From positions 64,001 through 128,000 of the forward strand of contig CAVVYZ010000013.1 in NCBI GenBank assembly GCA_963752595.1: a DNA stretch of 64,000 bases. Direction: 5' to 3'. A model generated the notes under the pieces. It had not been told where the DNA came from, did no database searches, and saw nothing but the letters and a program-made list of their open reading frames with translations. Positions 59,280-64,000 of the stretch are shown piece after piece. How positions within the stretch are numbered: position 1 is the stretch's first letter; every line of letters starts with the position of its first letter. A program made the translations under genes and the position numbers. The stretch comes from an uncultured delta proteobacterium. Lineage in GTDB: Bacteria; Desulfobacterota; Desulfomonilia; UBA1062.

Positions 59280-61454
59280 ATGGAAGATGTCATCAAGGTT
59301 TCCGGCAATCATTATGTCCTGGCAACGTCTGCCCTGGGCGCTGAACGGAACCGCATCGTAAAGCAGTCGCATACGTTTGCGGTGTTTGACAGCCTTGGCG
59401 ATATCCGCTCGGTCGTCTTCGACAATCAGGGCATCTTCCACAACGGCACCCGCTATTTATCGGGGCAGCAGTTTTTCATCGAAGGCAAACGGCCGCTGCT
59501 CCTGAGCTCGGATGTCACGAGGGACAACCACCTGATTACCGTAGACCTCACCAATCCTGATCTCATCTTGAGCCCCGATGATCAGATCCCCAGGGGCACG
59601 GTCCATGTATTCCGTTCCAAGTTTCTCTGGGAAGGCCGGTGCTATGAAAAGTACCGCATCAGGAATTTCGGCCTGGACAGGCTGTCAATATCCGTTACAC
59701 TGAGGTTCGCGTGCGATTTTGCAGACATCTTCGAGGTCCGGGGGATGAAGCGCGTCCGGAAAGGCGAATTCCGTGAAATCGTTACAAGCCCGCGCTCACT
59801 TGAATTTCCCTACCTGGGGCTCGACGGGATCCTGCGCACGACCCGCATCGAGTTCTCGCGGGAGCCGGATTCTTTACAGCGAGACGAAGCGGCGTTCGAT
59901 GTCGCGCTGGATACCCATGGGGAGATGGAATTCGAGACCGTGATATCCTGTCTTTCCGAGGGCGATGAATATATCGGGCCGATGCTTTCCTATGTCGATG
60001 CATATACGTCATCCTCCCGGTTTTTCCGCATGGCTCGCGGCAAAGAGTGCAGCATCAGGACCTCGAACGAGTATTTCAATACCGTCATGGAGCGTGCCGT
60101 CTCGGATCTGAGGATGCTGCTCACCGATGAGGGCGGTAATGTCATGTACCCCCATGCGGGTATCCCCTGGTTTTCCACTCCTTTCGGGCGGGACGGCCTT
60201 ATCACGGCCATGGAGACGCTCTGGTTCAATCCTGACATCAGCAAAGGCGTTCTGGAGTATCTGGCGAACAATCAGGCGAAAAGCTTTAATGACACCCAGG
60301 ATTCCGAGCCGGGAAAGATCCTCCATGAAATACGGATGGGGGAAATGACCAACACCCAAGAGCTTCCCTTTGCCAGGTATTACGGCAGCGCCGACTCCAC
60401 GCCTCTCTTCATTCTGCTTGCAGGACGGTACCTCCAGAGGACCGGGGACATAGGGTTTGTCGAAACGATCTGGCCACATATCAAGCGGGCTCTTGACTGG
60501 ATCAATATCTACGGCGATACGGATGGAGACGGGTTCGTGGAGTATGCGAAGAAAGCCGAATTCGGGGTCAGGAACCAGGCATGGAAGGATTCTCCCGACT
60601 CGGTCTTCCATGAAGACGGCAACCTGGCCGAAGCCCCCATCGCTATCTGCGAAGTGCAGGCATACATCTTCGCGGCAAAGAGGCAGGCTGCTTTCATTGC
60701 CCAGCACCTCGGGCTCCAGCAGATTGCATTCGAGATCCTTACCCAGGCAAAAGAGCTGCAGAGGAACTTCGAACATATCTTCTGGGATGAGAATCTCCCG
60801 GGGTATGTCCTCGCGCTTGACCGGGAGAAAAAACCTTGCCGGGTGAGGACATCCAACATGGGACACTGCCTGTTCGCGGGCATCTCCTCCAATGAACGGG
60901 CACGCATCGTTGCCGAGTCTCTGATGGACGAATCCTTTTTCAGCGAGTGGGGCGTGCGGACCCTTGCCAAGGGCCAGCCGCGCTACAACCCCATGTCGTA
61001 CCACAACGGCTCCGTCTGGCCCCACGACAATGCCATGATTGCCGAAGGGTTTTCCCGATACGGCTTCAAGGAGCAGACAGGGCGCATCATGAACGCCATG
61101 TTCCACATGAGCCAGTTTACCGAGCTGAACAGGTTTCCCGAGCTCTTCTGCGGCTTTGAGCTCAGGGCAAACCAGGGGCCGACGCTCTACCCGGTCGCAT
61201 GTTCGCCGCAGGCCTGGTCCGCAGCGAGCATCTTCTCACTCCTGCAGTCCTGCCTCGGACTCACCATCCATGCCATGAACCGGCAGATCATATTCAGCCA
61301 GCCCTATCTGCCCGAGGCTCTGAAAGCGGTATTCATAAGAAACCTTGCCGTAGGGGATTCGGTTATCGATTTTGCCGCAGAGCAGCACGAAGACAATGTC
61401 ATAATCAAAGTTCTGAAGCGTACCGGCGATATTTCCGTGATTGTCAGCAAGTGA
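59280..61454 (+). CDS. Amylo-alpha-1,6-glucosidase / glycogen-debranching family protein
   Basis: AGIPWF..FGRD, EPGKILHE, NQAWKDS, YHNGSVWPHD, PVACSPQAW. Confidence 0.92.
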   Translation: MEDVIKVSGNHYVLATSALGAERNRIVKQSHTFAVFDSLGDIRSVVFDNQGIFHNGTRYLSGQQFFIEGKRPLLLSSDVTRDNHLITVDLTNPDLILSPDDQIPRGTVHVFRSKFLWEGRCYEKYRIRNFGLDRLSISVTLRFACDFADIFEVRGMKRVRKGEFREIVTSPRSLEFPYLGLDGILRTTRIEFSREPDSLQRDEAAFDVALDTHGEMEFETVISCLSEGDEYIGPMLSYVDAYTSSSRFFRMARGKECSIRTSNEYFNTVMERAVSDLRMLLTDEGGNVMYPHAGIPWFSTPFGRDGLITAMETLWFNPDISKGVLEYLANNQAKSFNDTQDSEPGKILHEIRMGEMTNTQELPFARYYGSADSTPLFILLAGRYLQRTGDIGFVETIWPHIKRALDWINIYGDTDGDGFVEYAKKAEFGVRNQAWKDSPDSVFHEDGNLAEAPIAICEVQAYIFAAKRQAAFIAQHLGLQQIAFEILTQAKELQRNFEHIFWDENLPGYVLALDREKKPCRVRTSNMGHCLFAGISSNERARIVAESLMDESFFSEWGVRTLAKGQPRYNPMSYHNGSVWPHDNAMIAEGFSRYGFKEQTGRIMNAMFHMSQFTELNRFPELFCGFELRANQGPTLYPVACSPQAWSAASIFSLLQSCLGLTIHAMNRQIIFSQPYLPEALKAVFIRNLAVGDSVIDFAAEQHEDNVIIKVLKRTGDISVIVSK

Positions 61455-61538
61455 ATTCTTATCCGGGATCCTGATCCTGGGGGTATCAACCCATTCCCTG
61501 AACTGATCGAGAACCGTCATGCGCTCCTCGGGAGGAAC

Positions 61539-61880
61539 ATGGCGGTCGGCATCATCATCGGGGCGGCATTCGGAAAGATAGTCTCCTCGCTTGTTGCGGA
61601 CGTGGTCATGCCTCCCATCGGCATGATCATAGGAGGGGTCGATTTCACGGACCTCGTGTTCACCATGAAGGCAGCGAGCTTAGGCGTGCTGGCCGTTGTG
61701 CCGGCATACGGCAAGTTTATCCAGACCGTCGTTGATTTCACCATTATCGCGTTTGCAATCTTCCTTTTGGTTAAGGGGATCAATGTAATAAGACGTCCTG
61801 AAGAGAAAAAAGCCGCCGGTCCGTCGAAAGAAGAGACGCTGCTCACCGAGATACGCGATCTGCTCAAGGATAGACGGTAA
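61539..61880 (+). pseudogene. mscL: Large-conductance mechanosensitive channel lacking its N-terminal helix
   Basis: [36 protein letters not shown]; the usual EFKEF..RGNVVD leader is absent. Confidence 0.8.
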
Positions 61881-61884
61881 GGAG

Positions 61885-62140
61885 GGAAAGGCCATTCGCA
61901 AATCCACTTCTCACCTGCCTGCTCTGCCTCACTGATGAGGTCCCAGAGACCGTGTACGCCTTTCCACTGATCCGGATGTTTTTTCACATATGCCTGGAAT
62001 GCAGCCTTTTCAATATCCGTCATCCTGAAGTAGAGGGTCATGGGCTGCACCAACCCGTCCCTCTCCCTGCCTATTTCATAGGACGCTCCTGCGTGCGCCG
62101 CCATATCTCCGTCTCCCGTACAGTCGATAATCTCCTGCGC
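61885..62140 (-). pseudogene. Internal fragment of an FAD-dependent oxidoreductase
   Basis: IDCTGDGDMAAHAGA.Y..GRE.DGL.QPMTL.F with no start or end of its own. Confidence 0.65.
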
Positions 62141-62492
62141 TGATAGCATATACCATCACGGGCGCCCCGACCTCATGGGCTATGGCGACTTCCCGTAAAT
62201 AGGTCTTTGCATCTGCATCGTAAATGATCCCTCCTCCTCCGAGGATGAAGAGATCAAGCCCTTCAATCTCGGGAATGACCTCGCTCCGAGTCAATTCCCC
62301 TGGATCCACTGCCTTCTTCACGGTATACCGGCGCATGGTGTCTGAAGGGTTGCGGGAAAAGACGGTTATCCCGACAGGCAGGGAACCCTGAAGCCGGGTG
62401 ATGATAGACTCGAGGATTGCCTCATCGCCCATATTGAGGCCGCCGTAGGAACCCGAGATGACTACGCGGTAAGTCAGGTTATCGCTCTTCAT
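62135..62492 (-). pseudogene. 5' fragment of a polysaccharide pyruvyl transferase (CsaB-like)
   Basis: ISGSYGGLNMGDEAIL, LGGGGI..D; similarity stops after YAISAG. Confidence 0.75.
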
Positions 62493-62747
62493 GCGTCGTG
62501 CACCCATCAAACAGATTTTTTTACCTTCCGTGTGCCTGCCCACGGGGAAAACTGCAGAGGGGGAGTGGAATGAGACACTTCACGATGCCCCTTTTAGAAA
62601 ACATACTGTATGGTGGAGATCGGGAATTCAAGCCGTGGCATGCCCGGAAGGATCTTAAAAGGAGAAAACTTTGATTTTTTCTGGTGTGCCGCACGCTGAT
62701 AAGTGGTAGTATTCAAAAGATAAGATGCTGCTCCGGGAGGAAATACG

Positions 62748-63053
62748 ATGCTTACCGTAATAGCCGTGCTCAAGGCGAAAGAGGGCAAGGAAAAGGAATT
62801 GGAGAATGCGCTTTCAGGGATCGTTAATAAGGTTGAGGCAGAGGAAGGCACCCTTGCCTATGCGCTTCACCGTGCCAAGAAGGAACCGGGCAAGTTCCTT
62901 TTCTATGAAAAATACAAAGACAAAGCGGCCTTAAGCGCCCACAGCTCCACGCCGTATTTCATAGAGCTTTTCGGAACGATCGGCCCGCTTCTCGACGGCA
63001 ATCCCTCGATAGATATCTATGAGGAGATCGCATCCATCCCGTCCAAAGGCTAA
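62748..63053 (+). CDS. Antibiotic-biosynthesis-monooxygenase (putative quinol monooxygenase) family protein
   Basis: VIA.LKAKEGKE, E.GTL.Y.LH, F.FYE.Y...AL..H..TPYF. Confidence 0.88.
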   Translation: MLTVIAVLKAKEGKEKELENALSGIVNKVEAEEGTLAYALHRAKKEPGKFLFYEKYKDKAALSAHSSTPYFIELFGTIGPLLDGNPSIDIYEEIASIPSKG

Positions 63054-63405
63054 TAAGGAGCCTACCCGGCGCTGGCAGGTTTGCATGGGCCGGATAGCCC
63101 TCGGGGTGTGCATGCGAGCCTGAGCTTAGGCGCCAAGCCCTAAATCGACGTTCTTTTACAAAAGGACGGAGAATCCTTATAGCTACAAGTCTTACGTGCA
63201 CTTTGCCGTTTGCGGGTATGACAGAGAGCATGTACGCTCTCGCATATCAGCAGGTCTGTGCGCTCGCGGCTTTCGAGCCTCCATTGCCGCATCTGTCGGG
63301 TACTGGTCGGTATTCCGGCTATGTTATGGTTCTGACCGGCATTGATGAATAAAAACGTTTTCTTATAATGAAATATTATTGATTGATATGAAGAGAGGAA
63401 GGCAG

Positions 63406-63942
63406 ATGAAAAATACCCTTGTAAAAACAGGCATGTTCCTTGTTTTATTCCTGATAATCCAGATGGGCTGCAGCATGCCGGGGAAGGTGTGGCCACAGAA
63501 GGATATAGAGCTTTTCCAGGTGAACGATCCTTCGACCAAAACCCGGGTTTTGGTCGCTTCGCGGGAAAGCGGGTTCAAGAGCGCCCTCGTGAAGAGGATC
63601 CGGGGATATTATGAGGGCAGACCCGTGTATGTGAAGTGTACAGGCATTGATGCGCTCTCCCGGGAAAATGCCGGGGATTATTCATGCATCGTGCTCGTCA
63701 GCACCTGTATCGCCCGGGGCCTGGATCCGGAGGTGCTGAATTACATCGAGGCAAACCCGTACTATTACGAATTCATCGTTCTGACCACTTCCGGAAACGG
63801 TGCCTGGATGCCGGAAATAAAACATGAAGAGGTGGATACCGTCTCTTCGGCTTCTGTGATGGCAGATGTCGATGAAAAGGCACTCGAGGCCGTTACCCTG
63901 ATCGATGAGCACCTGAAGGAGAACTTAAGGCTGGTCCAATGA
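63406..63942 (+). CDS. Lipoprotein with flavodoxin-like pattern, unknown function
   Basis: QMGC lipobox; VLVAS..S.FK, VLTTSG.G, VD.VSSAS. Confidence 0.7.
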   Translation: MKNTLVKTGMFLVLFLIIQMGCSMPGKVWPQKDIELFQVNDPSTKTRVLVASRESGFKSALVKRIRGYYEGRPVYVKCTGIDALSRENAGDYSCIVLVSTCIARGLDPEVLNYIEANPYYYEFIVLTTSGNGAWMPEIKHEEVDTVSSASVMADVDEKALEAVTLIDEHLKENLRLVQ

Positions 63943-64000
63943 TCAGGCGACTTTATTGAGGGCTTTCCTCGCCTCATGCCTGGTCTCGTAGATGTGGGGC

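Noticed and set aside
52560-61106. Long antisense ORFs (e.g. 52560..53693, 54166..55038, 60009..61106)
   Set aside because: Shadow frames of well-supported genes with GC-rich third positions; no motifs of their own.

Overview
Chromosomal segment from a GC-rich anaerobic bacterium. Gene content (aldehyde:ferredoxin oxidoreductase, NikR/Nik uptake, hemerythrin, glycyl radical enzyme, Sec usage) suggests a Desulfobacterota/Syntrophales-like organism, which is an inference. Most of the window is metabolic and transport genes, many broken by single-base indels that look like long-read consensus errors. Main results: (1) An AT-richer integron cassette array with no integrase in the window (about 37.3-43.3 kb, minus strand). 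It has five full-length attC sites, complementary R-boxes at cassette borders, progressive decay and an IS481-like end inside one attC. Its cargo is defence-like: an AbiJ/HEPN-like protein, a patatin, and a DUF4062-TIR protein that gains an Lrp/AsnC ligand-binding domain after correcting one base. That fusion is the best candidate for a new system. (2) A selenoprotein missed by the ORF track: a deiodinase-like gene read through UGA with a well-placed bacterial SECIS. (3) An orphan glycyl radical enzyme/activase pair of unknown substrate. (4) A TetR, an unrecognised 576-aa protein, and a TatT plus Opp-type ABC module bracketed by identical 40-bp inverted repeats. No rRNA, tRNA or CRISPR array was seen. 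All family assignments are by eye from motifs, not from database searches.
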